A stretch of 64,000 bases of DNA from positions 1,043,729 through 1,107,728 of the forward strand of contig OZ251529.1 of NCBI GenBank assembly GCA_965243125.1, read 5' to 3'. The notes below the pieces were generated by a model, which had not been told where the DNA came from, searched no databases, and worked only from the letters and a program-made list of their open reading frames with translations. Made by a program: the position numbers and the translations under genes. Shown one piece after another: positions 1-9,846 of the stretch; the stretch's first letter is position 1; every line of letters starts with the position of its first letter. The DNA comes from Dehalococcoidia bacterium (GTDB lineage Bacteria > Chloroflexota > Dehalococcoidia > Bin125).

Positions 1-338
1 CTCTCGCCATTCCCGCCCCCTTCTCTCGTCATTCCCGCCCCCGAGCGGGAATCGGCCCCGAGCCGCCCCCAACGCCGCATCCCATCCACCCCACGCCGTG
101 ATACCGTCGTCCCCCGCAACAGAACAACAGACCAACCAATGCCCGCCTCCACCCCTCTCCCCGCAGCCGAACACCCCCGACCAAATCCGAACAAACCCGA
201 ACAACCCCGACCACAAGCTGAACATCAAGGACAAGCCGATCCCACTTCCCAGAGCCAACCCTCGCCCCGAACAGGACCCTCCCGCCGCGATCAGCGCCAA
301 CGTCGCACCCATCCCCTAAGCTGGCGCAGGAGGCCCCG

Positions 339-2417
339 ATGCTCGCTCGCCTCGGACTGACAGCGCTCACCGTGGGAGCCGCCATCGCGCTCGCGCTGCT
401 GATCGTGGATACCGCCCCGGCGCGCGCGGTCGTGTATCACGAAGACACAAGAGGCCTCAACCTCCTCGCGCGCCTCACGCCCGACGGTCGCGTTGAGTTT
501 GCGATGTCGAGACACGACCTGCGGACATTTCCCCAGCGCCGGTTCGTCGATGCCTCGGTCCGGCACGGCCGCTGGCTGCGCAGTTCGGTGATCGATCTCC
601 GCGGAGGTCCGTCCGGCCGGATTATGACCCGCCGGCTGCCGAACGGCCAGTTTGAAGTCGGCCTCCAGCTGACGGCCTCCGAGGAGATTCTGATGCCGGA
701 GGACGCCCGCTTTCCCGCCGATGATCCGGGCGGTGATTGGTGGTCCGGCTGGGTTGCCCTTCCCCACGACGCCTTCGAGGTGCGGGGCGGCTTCGAACGA
801 ATCAGCGCCGGCTACGACCACACATGCATCGAGCTGAGGGGCGTCGGATATGGCGGCGAGGTTCAGTGCTGGGGCTCCAACGAGTTCGGTCAGAGCGCTG
901 CGCCCGACGGCCGGTTTGTCTCCGTCGGCGCCGGCCGGCAGCACAGCTGCGCACTTAACACGAAGTCCGAGGTTGTCTGCTGGGGCTCCAACGAAGACGG
1001 GCGCAGCGATCCGCCCCCTGGCGGCGCATTCCTCTCACTGAGTGTGGGCTACGACCACGCCTGCGGCGTGAACTTGGACTGGGAACGCGATGTTCTCAGC
1101 GTCCACTGTTGGGGTCGAAACGTCTACGGCCAGACCGACGTGCCGCCAGGAACGTTCACCGCCGTATCCGCCGGGCATCGCCACACCTGCGCAATTGATG
1201 AAGCCAGCGCGCTGCACTGCTGGGGCGACAACCGCTGGGGCCAGTCCGACCCACCCTCCGGACGCTTCGCCGCCGTCAGCGTCGGCAACTCTCACTCCTG
1301 CGCGCTCAGCATCGATGGCATCCTCGACTGCTGGGGCTACACCGACGAGGCCCACCCCATCGAAGACCTCGACGGCAACCGCTACGAATTCCTCAGCGCC
1401 GGCGGCTGGCATGTCTGTGGCATCGCCCAGGGCGGACGCATGGATTGTGTCGGCTGGAACGGTTACGGACACGCCGTCTCCCCGCCCGGCCGCTACGCCC
1501 TGGTCAGCGGCGCCGAAGAGCACACCTGCGCCGTCACCCTTAAAGGTGCGGTGACCTGCTGGGGACGCAACGGCTTCGGCCAGACCGACTCGCCCGGCGG
1601 CGCGTTCGCCTCGCTCGCCGCCGGCTACGACCACACCTGCGCTATCGATCCGGGCGGCGTGTTGTCCTGTTGGGGCGCCAACGGCGACGGCCAGATCGAA
1701 GCGCCGAGCGGCGAATACATCGCCGTCGCCCCCGGCGACTGGCACACCTGCGCCGTCCGCGCCGATGGCCAAATCGCCTGCTGGGGCTTCGACGGCTACG
1801 GCCAGATCGCCGACGCGCCCGCCGGCGGCGGTTACACCAACATCGTCGCCGGGCGTTCCTCCGCCTGCGCCCTGCATGAGTCCGGCCGCGTCGACTGCTG
1901 GGGACGCAACGACCACGGCCAGGCCGAGCCGCCCGATGCGCAGTTCACCGCAATCAGCGTGTCCTCCCTGCACGTTTGCGGCGTCGCAGCCGACGCGCAA
2001 ATCCACTGCTGGGGGCGTAACCTCGAAGGCCAGTCCGACGCCCCGCCCGGCCGCTACACCGCCGTCGCCGCCGCCGACTTCCACACCTGCGCTCTGCGCG
2101 AATCCGGCGAGATCGCCTGCTGGGGCCAACCAGACGACGACCGCACCAACGCCCCCGCCGGACGCTACACCGCCATCGGCGCCGGCCTCGCCCACACCTG
2201 CGCCGTGAGCGAATCCGGCCAACTCGCCTGCTGGGGCGTCAACTTCTGGGGGCAGGTGGATCCGCCGGAAGGCGAGTACACCGCAGTGGTCGCCGGCAAC
2301 TCCCACAGCTGCGCCCTGCGCACCAACGGCGAAATCGCCTGCTGGGGCATCACCGTCTACGGCCAAACCGACGTGCCGGAGAGTTGGCGGGACGACGGGT
2401 CGATTAGCTGGGAGTGA
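339..2417 (+). CDS. RCC1/BLIP-II-like beta-propeller repeat protein with N-terminal signal/TM segment
   Basis: More than 10 tandem repeats of about 50 aa with the motif C-W-G-x-N-x-x-G-Q (regulator-of-chromosome-condensation-type blades). Hydrophobic N-terminus MLARLGLTALTVGAAIALALLIV. Confidence 0.7.
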   Translation: MLARLGLTALTVGAAIALALLIVDTAPARAVVYHEDTRGLNLLARLTPDGRVEFAMSRHDLRTFPQRRFVDASVRHGRWLRSSVIDLRGGPSGRIMTRRLPNGQFEVGLQLTASEEILMPEDARFPADDPGGDWWSGWVALPHDAFEVRGGFERISAGYDHTCIELRGVGYGGEVQCWGSNEFGQSAAPDGRFVSVGAGRQHSCALNTKSEVVCWGSNEDGRSDPPPGGAFLSLSVGYDHACGVNLDWERDVLSVHCWGRNVYGQTDVPPGTFTAVSAGHRHTCAIDEASALHCWGDNRWGQSDPPSGRFAAVSVGNSHSCALSIDGILDCWGYTDEAHPIEDLDGNRYEFLSAGGWHVCGIAQGGRMDCVGWNGYGHAVSPPGRYALVSGAEEHTCAVTLKGAVTCWGRNGFGQTDSPGGAFASLAAGYDHTCAIDPGGVLSCWGANGDGQIEAPSGEYIAVAPGDWHTCAVRADGQIACWGFDGYGQIADAPAGGGYTNIVAGRSSACALHESGRVDCWGRNDHGQAEPPDAQFTAISVSSLHVCGVAADAQIHCWGRNLEGQSDAPPGRYTAVAAADFHTCALRESGEIACWGQPDDDRTNAPAGRYTAIGAGLAHTCAVSESGQLACWGVNFWGQVDPPEGEYTAVVAGNSHSCALRTNGEIACWGITVYGQTDVPESWRDDGSISWE

Positions 2418-2472
2418 CGACTTCTGACCCCTGAAGCGCTGGCGCCGCCTCGGTGTGGTAGGTGCGAGTGGG

Positions 2473-4932
2473 TCACTCCGCGTGGACTCCGTTTGCCCTG
2501 CCCTCGGACCCTTCCGGCATCGCGCCCGATGCCGGGATTTCCCAACCGACAAGGAGCATGCGGTGCCAGCGCAGTACCGAACCGTCGCGCACCTCAAATG
2601 CCAGATAGGTTGCGTTTGAGGAACCTTCGAGCGGCTGGGGGCAGATCGCTGTGAACGAGTTCGCAGACAACGAACTGCGCGACGGAGACTCCAAATCGCG
2701 CGCCGTATATGGCGGTAGACCGCCGAGCGCACTCCAGAGCACTTCGACTTCCTCCCCGGGCGTGCAATTGGACGCTGCGGTTGCCGCGGAGGCGAGGAAT
2801 GTATTCGGAAATGGAGGATCTTCGGTGATGGTGAGAAGCACCGGAACAGCGGCCGAGCGCCGAGGATCGCCGCTATCGGCTGCTAGAACCCAGACGGTCT
2901 GCTGCCCTGCCTCTGGCTGACACGTTACCCAAGCCGCGCCTTTGCGCGGCAGCAGGCCGTCGACTCCTTGCACTGCAACGAGATAAGGCGCTGTCGCGTC
3001 TTCTTGGATGCCCCAGGCGATCATCGCTCGCCCTCCCGGTTTGCAGAAACCCGACGGTTGTGGCACTGCCCACAGGTCGAGGCGCTCTTCGCCGCCGAAT
3101 GCAGAAAGCACAGCAAAAGAAACATCTCCGCTGGCCTCTTGAGGCGGATCACTGTTGTCCTGGGCGCTGAGGTGGATGGTCCTGTCCCCAACCTCGTCGT
3201 CGCCGCACTCTACTGGGAACAGGCGATCCTCTGCCTCCATGCGTCCGTAACTCCGCGGCCCGTGGAGCCCTCCCATCCAGTGCCATCCGTCGCCGTAGAG
3301 GTTGGTGCCATCAGCAGTCACAGTAATTGGCGCCCAGAAACCGCCGCTGATGCTCAGGCGCAAGTTGACCGCACCGCCTGCCATAGTGCCGAGCAGCCTG
3401 CCGTCGTATAAGTCCATCGTGTTGTGAACGACTGGCGAACCAGCAACACAGCTTGGAGGATCTGCGTAGCCCGCGATTGTCAAAGGCGCGATCTGATCGC
3501 GATGCTCCGGCGGCAGTTCAGGAGGACGCCCGATGGAAGCAAGGAGCGCGTCGATTTGGGCGTGAATTGGATGTGACGGCGGCAGGTCCTCTGTGCAGTC
3601 GGACTCGTATACCTTCGCACAGTCGAGGCCGCCGGTGCGACGCCAGCCCTCAGTGCCGGTTTCGATCCCGATCGAGACAAATGCTCCCGCCACACCTTCC
3701 CTGAGGCTGAAGTGCTGTTGATCTTCGCAGTGCCCGCTGCCATCGCAGGCGATACCTCCCAGTCCCTCATCCCGCACAGCCGCAGTGGGTGGAATGGTAA
3801 TCAGAAGACCTGCTGAGTCGTAGAGGTAGAGGCGATAGGTCTCGCCGTTCGTAAGTTGGCGGGCTGCGTGTGCGTCTGCGATGGAGTAGATGTACGCCAT
3901 GTCCGACGCGACATTGCCCTCAGCGTCGATTACTGTGCCATGGACGATTTGCAGGCCTGAGTCCGCGTATCGGCCTGTCAGCTCGCCGCATTGCACGTCG
4001 ACACTACCGTTTGTGGCCTCGAACTCGCGACCGTTGATGATAACGCGATACGGCCCTGAAGCGCCCGATATCAACCATGCCACCGGAACGTCGCGAGTGG
4101 CAGCGCCACCCTGAGGCTCTGGATCTGTAGGTTGATCGCAGATCGCCGGCGCAACCAGTTTGAGTGTCAACTTTGGATCGTCGGTGTTGGCGATTCCGGG
4201 CGGCAAGGCGGCCAGTTCGGGCAGGCGACCAACGGACGCGACCAAGTCGTCAAGCGCGGCGTTGTACAGTGTCGCAATGCTGTGCGGGAGATGTTTGGCG
4301 ACCTGCCGTCGCGCCTCGCGGCCGTCTGCCCGAGAGAACCAGATCACCGTTCCACCACTGATGGCTTGGTCTGTCCAAGATCCGGTGTGCAAGACAGTCG
4401 CTACGTTATCGGGCCCTGTAGGGCTGGAGAGGTGCCGTCGCCGGTCGCCCAGGTACAGCTCTGGATCGTCGGGCATCGTCATGAGGACGCCGTAAACGCG
4501 ATATGTGCGCCCTCTAGTCAAGCGTTGGTCGCGACGATTGTGAAATCGCTCAGCTGTCACAACGCGCACAGCGTACACAGGCTTGATTGCCGTCGCAGTA
4601 CGCCCTTGCGCGTCAATCACACGCGCTTGAATCGTCATTACGCCAGAATCGACTTCATCGCCCCACCAGACGCCGCAGAGCAGATCGGCTACCCCTTCGG
4701 CCTCGTCCGAGAGCGTGTTGCCGACAGCGACGCGGTAAGGCGGAGTTCCGCCAGTGACTTCCCACGCCACATCAAGCGTCGGCATCACTTCACCGTCGTC
4801 GAAATCAGCCTCGCACATCATGGGCGCGGTGAGCTCGATGCGAAGCGGCGCCGCCGCGCTCGCGGTGGCCCAGCCCACCACCGCCGCCAAACCGAGGACG
4901 CACAGCAGAGCAGCGATCACCGCGCGCTTCAT
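2473..4932 (-). CDS. Large secreted hypothetical protein (819 aa) with cleavable signal peptide
   Basis: N-terminus MKRAVIAALLCVLGLAAVVGWATASAAAP is signal-peptide-like. Long ORF with coding-like composition. No family recognised. Confidence 0.5.
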   Translation of the reverse strand: MKRAVIAALLCVLGLAAVVGWATASAAAPLRIELTAPMMCEADFDDGEVMPTLDVAWEVTGGTPPYRVAVGNTLSDEAEGVADLLCGVWWGDEVDSGVMTIQARVIDAQGRTATAIKPVYAVRVVTAERFHNRRDQRLTRGRTYRVYGVLMTMPDDPELYLGDRRRHLSSPTGPDNVATVLHTGSWTDQAISGGTVIWFSRADGREARRQVAKHLPHSIATLYNAALDDLVASVGRLPELAALPPGIANTDDPKLTLKLVAPAICDQPTDPEPQGGAATRDVPVAWLISGASGPYRVIINGREFEATNGSVDVQCGELTGRYADSGLQIVHGTVIDAEGNVASDMAYIYSIADAHAARQLTNGETYRLYLYDSAGLLITIPPTAAVRDEGLGGIACDGSGHCEDQQHFSLREGVAGAFVSIGIETGTEGWRRTGGLDCAKVYESDCTEDLPPSHPIHAQIDALLASIGRPPELPPEHRDQIAPLTIAGYADPPSCVAGSPVVHNTMDLYDGRLLGTMAGGAVNLRLSISGGFWAPITVTADGTNLYGDGWHWMGGLHGPRSYGRMEAEDRLFPVECGDDEVGDRTIHLSAQDNSDPPQEASGDVSFAVLSAFGGEERLDLWAVPQPSGFCKPGGRAMIAWGIQEDATAPYLVAVQGVDGLLPRKGAAWVTCQPEAGQQTVWVLAADSGDPRRSAAVPVLLTITEDPPFPNTFLASAATAASNCTPGEEVEVLWSALGGLPPYTARDLESPSRSSLSANSFTAICPQPLEGSSNATYLAFEVRDGSVLRWHRMLLVGWEIPASGAMPEGSEGRANGVHAE

Positions 4933-4968
4933 TCCGCACCTCCCCGCCTTTCTGCGATGACCGGCAGT

Positions 4969-6042
4969 CTACTGATTGAGCGCCGGCGCCACCCGCTCCA
5001 TCAGCAGCCGCATCGAGCGCAGCACCTGCTCGTGCGGAATCATCCCGCCCGCGTTGCACCAGGTCAGAAAATGCCCCACCCCGTAGCGCTCCCGCAGCGA
5101 CGCCAGCTTCGCCGCCACCTCCTCCACGCTCCCGATCGCGCACACCTCCTCGACCAACTCCTCGTAGCTCATCGACCGGTTCCGCTCCATCAGCGGCGGC
5201 AGATCGTTCGGATCGCCGCCCCGCGCCACGATGCTCCGAAGCCCCGTCGCCGTCACCACGCCCATGTAGCTCATCAGGCTCGCCCGCGCCTCCTCGCGCG
5301 CCTGCTCGCCCGTCTCCGCCACATGCACCGGCAGCAGCAGTCCCGCGTCCGTCGCCGGCGGACGCGCCCCCTCGCCCGCCGTCCGCGCCCGCCAGTACTC
5401 CGCGTAGCGCCGGTCCAGATCTTCCAGGAACGCCGTGATCGGCGAGGCGAACACCCGCCAGCCCTCGCGCGCCGCCCGCTCGAACGACTCGTCGCTGTTC
5501 GCCGCCATCCGCAGCGGCGGATGCGGACGCTGCAACGGCTTCGGCACCACCTGCACATCCGCGTAGTCGAAAAAGCGCCCGTGGAAGTTGACCGGCTCGT
5601 CCGACCACGCCTGCGCAATCACTGCGAGCGCCTCGTCGAAGCGCTCCGCCCGCTCCCGCACCGGCACCCCGAAGCCCGCGAAATGCTCCGCAATCGAGCC
5701 GCGCCCCACCCCGTACTCCAGCCGCCCGCCGGAGATGATGTCCAGCGTCGCCGCATCCTCCGCCGCCCGAATCGGCTCGACCAGCGGCAGCAGCGCCACC
5801 CCCGTGCCCAGCCGAATGCGCGAAGTCCGCGCCGCCGCCGCCGCCATCGCCACCATCGGCGAGGGCAGCACCGAAAACTCCCGCACAAAGTGCATCTCCG
5901 CCAGCCACGCCGCGTCGAACCCCAACCGGTCCGCCTCCACAATCTGCGCGATCGTGTCGCGGTAGCGCGAGGCCGCATCCTGCCCCTCCGCCTGAGGCAG
6001 CTGAAAGAACAGCCCAAACTCCAGCGCCCCTGCGTCGCTCAT
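4969..6042 (-). CDS. LLM-class (luciferase-like) flavin/F420-dependent oxidoreductase
   Basis: N-terminus EFGLFFQLPQ...ADRLGFDAAWLAEMHF is typical of the bacterial luciferase-like monooxygenase TIM barrel. Confidence 0.8.
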   Translation of the reverse strand: MSDAGALEFGLFFQLPQAEGQDAASRYRDTIAQIVEADRLGFDAAWLAEMHFVREFSVLPSPMVAMAAAAARTSRIRLGTGVALLPLVEPIRAAEDAATLDIISGGRLEYGVGRGSIAEHFAGFGVPVRERAERFDEALAVIAQAWSDEPVNFHGRFFDYADVQVVPKPLQRPHPPLRMAANSDESFERAAREGWRVFASPITAFLEDLDRRYAEYWRARTAGEGARPPATDAGLLLPVHVAETGEQAREEARASLMSYMGVVTATGLRSIVARGGDPNDLPPLMERNRSMSYEELVEEVCAIGSVEEVAAKLASLRERYGVGHFLTWCNAGGMIPHEQVLRSMRLLMERVAPALNQ

Positions 6043-6149
6043 GGCCGCATCCCTCCCGCCCCCGCAGGCTACCCGACAGCCGCCGCCCGGCGCAGGGGTA
6101 GAATGGCGGGACGCGGCGCGGCAAGGCTGCGGGACGGGTTCTGAGGGCG

Positions 6150-9100
6150 ATGGCCATCAACCACCAGGCGATCAGCGAGGACAACACGGGCCGATACGGG
6201 ACCGACATCGCGGACTACGGCCCGGTGCTGCTCACGAATCCCTACGCTAAGCGAACTCACTTCGTCTTTGAGCTGATGCAGAACACGGAAGACGCCCTCC
6301 GCCGCTGCGCGAACCCCAAGTCGCGCGCCGTGAGGTTCGAGATCGGCGAATCCTCGCTGGTCGTGCGGCATTTTGGCGAGCCGTTCACAGAGGACGATGT
6401 GCGGAGCATCTGCGCGCTCGCCAAGAGCACCAAAAAGACGACGGACATCGGCCGCTTCGGCATCGGCTTCAAATCCGTCTATGCCTGGACCAACCGCCCC
6501 GAGATCCACTCCGGCGGCGAGCACTTCGCCATCGAGAACTATGTTCACCCGACACCGACAGCCGAGATCGTCAGCGAACCTGACGAGACGGTGATCGTCA
6601 TCCCCTTCAAGGACAAGATGGCCGGCTCCCGCGGTGAGATCGTCAAAGCCTTGCTAAGCGACAGCGGCAGCGCCCTGCTGTTTCTCCGCGAGATCGAGGA
6701 GATCGAGTGGGGCACCGACGGCGAGTCATCGGGCCACTATCTGCGCGAGCGAAAGCCGCTCGACAACGATGTGCATGTCGTGACAATCGTCGGCAAGGAC
6801 GGCTCGGCGGAAACGGAGTCATCGTGGCTCGTGTTTTCCGAGCCGGTGGAGCACGACGGAACGCGCGTAGGGCATGTGGAGATCGCGTTCAACCATGTCG
6901 CCGCGTCCGGCGACGATCCGGCCCGCATCAAGCCGGTGCCCTCGTCGCCCTTGAGCGCCTACTTCCCTACCGCGCTGGAAACCCATTTGGGCTTCCTCAT
7001 GCAAGGCCCCTACCGCACAACGCCCGCCAGGAACTACGTGCTGCCCAATGACGAGTGGAACATTGACCTCGTGACGCAGACCGCAGCGCTGCTCAAGCGG
7101 ACGCTGCCGTGGCTGCGCGACCACGGCTATCTCACCCCAGCCGGGCTCGAGTGCCTGCCGTTCGACCCGATCAGGTTCGACGACGCGAACATGTTCGCGC
7201 CATTGTTCAATGCGACGAAGGAAGCTCTCACGTCGGAGCCGTTGCTGCCGGCAGCCCTGCCTACCCATATCTCCGCGCGAGAAAGCGTGCTTGGTGGAAC
7301 TACCACCCTGCGCGAGTTGTTCAGCGCCGAGCAGGTCACCGAGCTGCTGGGGTCGACGGAAAGACTCGCATGGCTCGACGCACAGATCACGCGAGCTCGG
7401 ACTCCGAACCTGTACAACTATCTTCATGGCGTACTTGACGTGCATGAGGTTGATGGCGTCGGCACGATCGTGCGGAGGCTGGACCGATCATTTCTGGAGC
7501 AGCAAACGGACGAGTGGATGCGTGCGCTGTACACGGCGCTCAAGGACCAAACGACGATGCAGAGGCAGGAGTGGTTCGCCGCAATTCCGGTCGTTCGCTT
7601 GGAGGACGGGACCCATGTCCGGGCGCACGCAGGAGAAGCACCCGCAGCATACCTGCCCACATCGGCGGAAACAGGCTATCCCACAGTGCGGCGGGCAGTT
7701 TGCGACACGGATGACGCTCGCGGGTTCTTGGAGGAGATCGGCCTCCGCGAGCCCGATCCAATCGACGACGTGATCGACAATGTCTTGCCAGCCTATGCGG
7801 ACGGAACGGCGCCCGTCGATGACGAAGGACGATACGCTAATGACCTCCAGCGCCTCGTGGCTGCTTATCAGGCAGGGTCGACAAATCGGCGGCAGGACCT
7901 GGCGAGAAAATTGCGTCGCACGCCGTTCGTGAAGGCTACTGACGCTGAGACTGGTGGGGTCGCATACGTCAGGCCGACAACGGCGTATGCCCCAACCAGG
8001 GAGTTGCGAGCACTGTTCAACGGTGTTCTCGGCGTGTCGTTTCTCGATCCTTCGATGCGGTATTTCGACGATGCCGACGTCAAGGCAATGCTCGAAGCGT
8101 GCGGCGTATCGGCGAGGCTGCGAGCCAGGCGCGTCGTCTACGATAACAATACGCCGCCTGATCAATGGAAGAAGCTGGCGAACGACGTGCAACTACCGTA
8201 CTCGACTCGAGAACGTCGAGTAGAAGATCGGGACCTTCGGGGGCTTTCAGCACTGCTTAAGACGCTCCCGAATCTCAACCAAGAGCGTCAAAACGAAATT
8301 GCACCAACGCTATGGGCATGCCTCGGCGATCTCGCCGCACACACCAACAACGCATCATTCGACGGTATAGACCGCTACTTCTACCGTACAGCACAAGTCA
8401 AGCGGTTCCCTGCACAGTTCATCAGGGCATTGAATGCCGAGCATTGGGTGCCGACTGATGACGGCCGACTGGCAAAGCCTGAAGAGGTCGTGTTCGAGTC
8501 GCTCGGATGGGTACCCAATCCATTCCTGGAAGAGCGGATTCAGTTCAAGGAGATCGCTGCACCTCCGATCGTTACACTGGCCGAACAGGCCGATGTCGAT
8601 GTGGGGGCGCTCGCGCTGCTCAAGGAACATGGGGTTACCCAGGACGACCTGAAAGAGATGCTGGACCGAAGGCGAGATGTCGAGCGAGAAGCTCAGACGG
8701 AGCCGGAGCGTCAGACGCCCGCTCGCACTGGCGGCTCACGCAGGGAATTCCGTTCCTACGTGGCTGCTGAGCGCACGCGCGAGATCGCCGACGGGAGCGT
8801 CGAACAGGAGAGGCGGCTGCAGCTCGAGGAGCTTGCCATCCAGCACATTGAGGCTCACGAGTCGGAGTGGACTCGAACGGAGCAGAACAACCCCGGCTTT
8901 GACCTCTACCAAACCAACGCCGACGGGGGGACCGTGAAGTGGTGCGAGGTCAAGTCGCTCAGCGGCGCGTGGGGAGATCGTCCCGTCACGATGTCGCACA
9001 CACAGTTCGAGCTCGCACAAGACAAGGGCGACGCCTATTGGCTCTACGTCGTGGAGCATGCGGGCGACCCGGAACGGATCCGGCTCCTGCGCATCCAGGA

Positions 9101-9173
9101 CCCCGCCGGGCAGGCGCGAACGTTCACCTTCGATCAGGGCTGGGCGGAAGTCGCGGTCGGTGAGGCCGAGTGA
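6150..9173 (+). CDS. NO VEIN-like protein: N-terminal sacsin/HSP90-like GHKL ATPase domain plus C-terminal DUF3883 (PD-(D/E)xK-like) domain
   Basis: N-terminal motifs FVFELMQNTEDA ... IGRFGIGFKSVYAWT match the sacsin-type HATPase_c_3 Bergerat fold. The C-terminus ...WCEVKSL...GDAYWLYVVEH fits DUF3883 (NOV C-terminal domain). Confidence 0.65.
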   Translation: MAINHQAISEDNTGRYGTDIADYGPVLLTNPYAKRTHFVFELMQNTEDALRRCANPKSRAVRFEIGESSLVVRHFGEPFTEDDVRSICALAKSTKKTTDIGRFGIGFKSVYAWTNRPEIHSGGEHFAIENYVHPTPTAEIVSEPDETVIVIPFKDKMAGSRGEIVKALLSDSGSALLFLREIEEIEWGTDGESSGHYLRERKPLDNDVHVVTIVGKDGSAETESSWLVFSEPVEHDGTRVGHVEIAFNHVAASGDDPARIKPVPSSPLSAYFPTALETHLGFLMQGPYRTTPARNYVLPNDEWNIDLVTQTAALLKRTLPWLRDHGYLTPAGLECLPFDPIRFDDANMFAPLFNATKEALTSEPLLPAALPTHISARESVLGGTTTLRELFSAEQVTELLGSTERLAWLDAQITRARTPNLYNYLHGVLDVHEVDGVGTIVRRLDRSFLEQQTDEWMRALYTALKDQTTMQRQEWFAAIPVVRLEDGTHVRAHAGEAPAAYLPTSAETGYPTVRRAVCDTDDARGFLEEIGLREPDPIDDVIDNVLPAYADGTAPVDDEGRYANDLQRLVAAYQAGSTNRRQDLARKLRRTPFVKATDAETGGVAYVRPTTAYAPTRELRALFNGVLGVSFLDPSMRYFDDADVKAMLEACGVSARLRARRVVYDNNTPPDQWKKLANDVQLPYSTRERRVEDRDLRGLSALLKTLPNLNQERQNEIAPTLWACLGDLAAHTNNASFDGIDRYFYRTAQVKRFPAQFIRALNAEHWVPTDDGRLAKPEEVVFESLGWVPNPFLEERIQFKEIAAPPIVTLAEQADVDVGALALLKEHGVTQDDLKEMLDRRRDVEREAQTEPERQTPARTGGSRREFRSYVAAERTREIADGSVEQERRLQLEELAIQHIEAHESEWTRTEQNNPGFDLYQTNADGGTVKWCEVKSLSGAWGDRPVTMSHTQFELAQDKGDAYWLYVVEHAGDPERIRLLRIQDPAGQARTFTFDQGWAEVAVGEAE

Positions 9174-9240
9174 GGGCGGCCGCGCTGACCTATAATGAGC
9201 GCGACGGCACGGACGCGGGCACGCGGGACGGAGGGCTGCC

Positions 9241-9795
9241 ATGACCTACACGCTGATGGACTTTGCGCAGGAGGCGCAGCGCATCGTCGATCGCGGCGAC
9301 GGCGCGGAGCGCACGATCGCCGCCATCGCCGGGCCGCTCGAGCGGATCATCTCGCGCCCCGACTGCCTCACCGACCTGCCCGACCGCGACGATCCCAGCC
9401 TCGACGAGGGCTTCATGATCCACCGCTCCGACAACCTCACGATTAACGCCGTCGTCTGGGCGCCCGACAGCGGCGCGCCGATCCACAATCACAACGGCTG
9501 GGCCATGGAAGGCGTCATCTCCGGCGTCGAACTCAACCGCAACTTCGACCGCACCGACGACGGCTCGCAGCCCTGGTTCGCCACGCTTGAAGAGCGCGAC
9601 CCCACCCGCGTTGAGGCCGGCCAGACCACCTACCTGCCCGAGCCGCCCTCCGACATCCACGCCGTCGAAATCGCGCACGGCAAGACCGTCGCCATCCATG
9701 TCTACGGACTCGACCTGTTCAAGCAGTGGCGCTACCGCTTCGACCTGGAGACGGGCAAGGTGACGCCGTTCGGCATGCGCACCCGCGCCCGGTAG
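9241..9795 (+). CDS. Cupin-fold protein, cysteine dioxygenase type I-like
   Basis: 184 aa; contains a histidine-rich cupin-like stretch (PIHNHNGWAMEGV). Confidence 0.5.
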   Translation: MTYTLMDFAQEAQRIVDRGDGAERTIAAIAGPLERIISRPDCLTDLPDRDDPSLDEGFMIHRSDNLTINAVVWAPDSGAPIHNHNGWAMEGVISGVELNRNFDRTDDGSQPWFATLEERDPTRVEAGQTTYLPEPPSDIHAVEIAHGKTVAIHVYGLDLFKQWRYRFDLETGKVTPFGMRTRAR

Positions 9796-9846
9796 CGGAC
9801 AGCAGCGGGCGCGGAACCTCAGACGACAACACGGAAGGAACGGATC

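Noticed and set aside
1035-2732. 565-aa minus-strand ORF overlapping the RCC1 gene
   Set aside because: It is antisense to a gene with a clear repeat and domain signature. Its composition is Ala/Gly/Arg-rich, which is typical of spurious ORFs in 70% GC DNA.
4132-6144. 670-aa plus-strand ORF and the 467-aa minus-strand ORF (4805..6208) overlapping the LLM oxidoreductase
   Set aside because: Alternative frames of the LLM gene region with low-complexity Arg/Gly/Ala content and no family signal.
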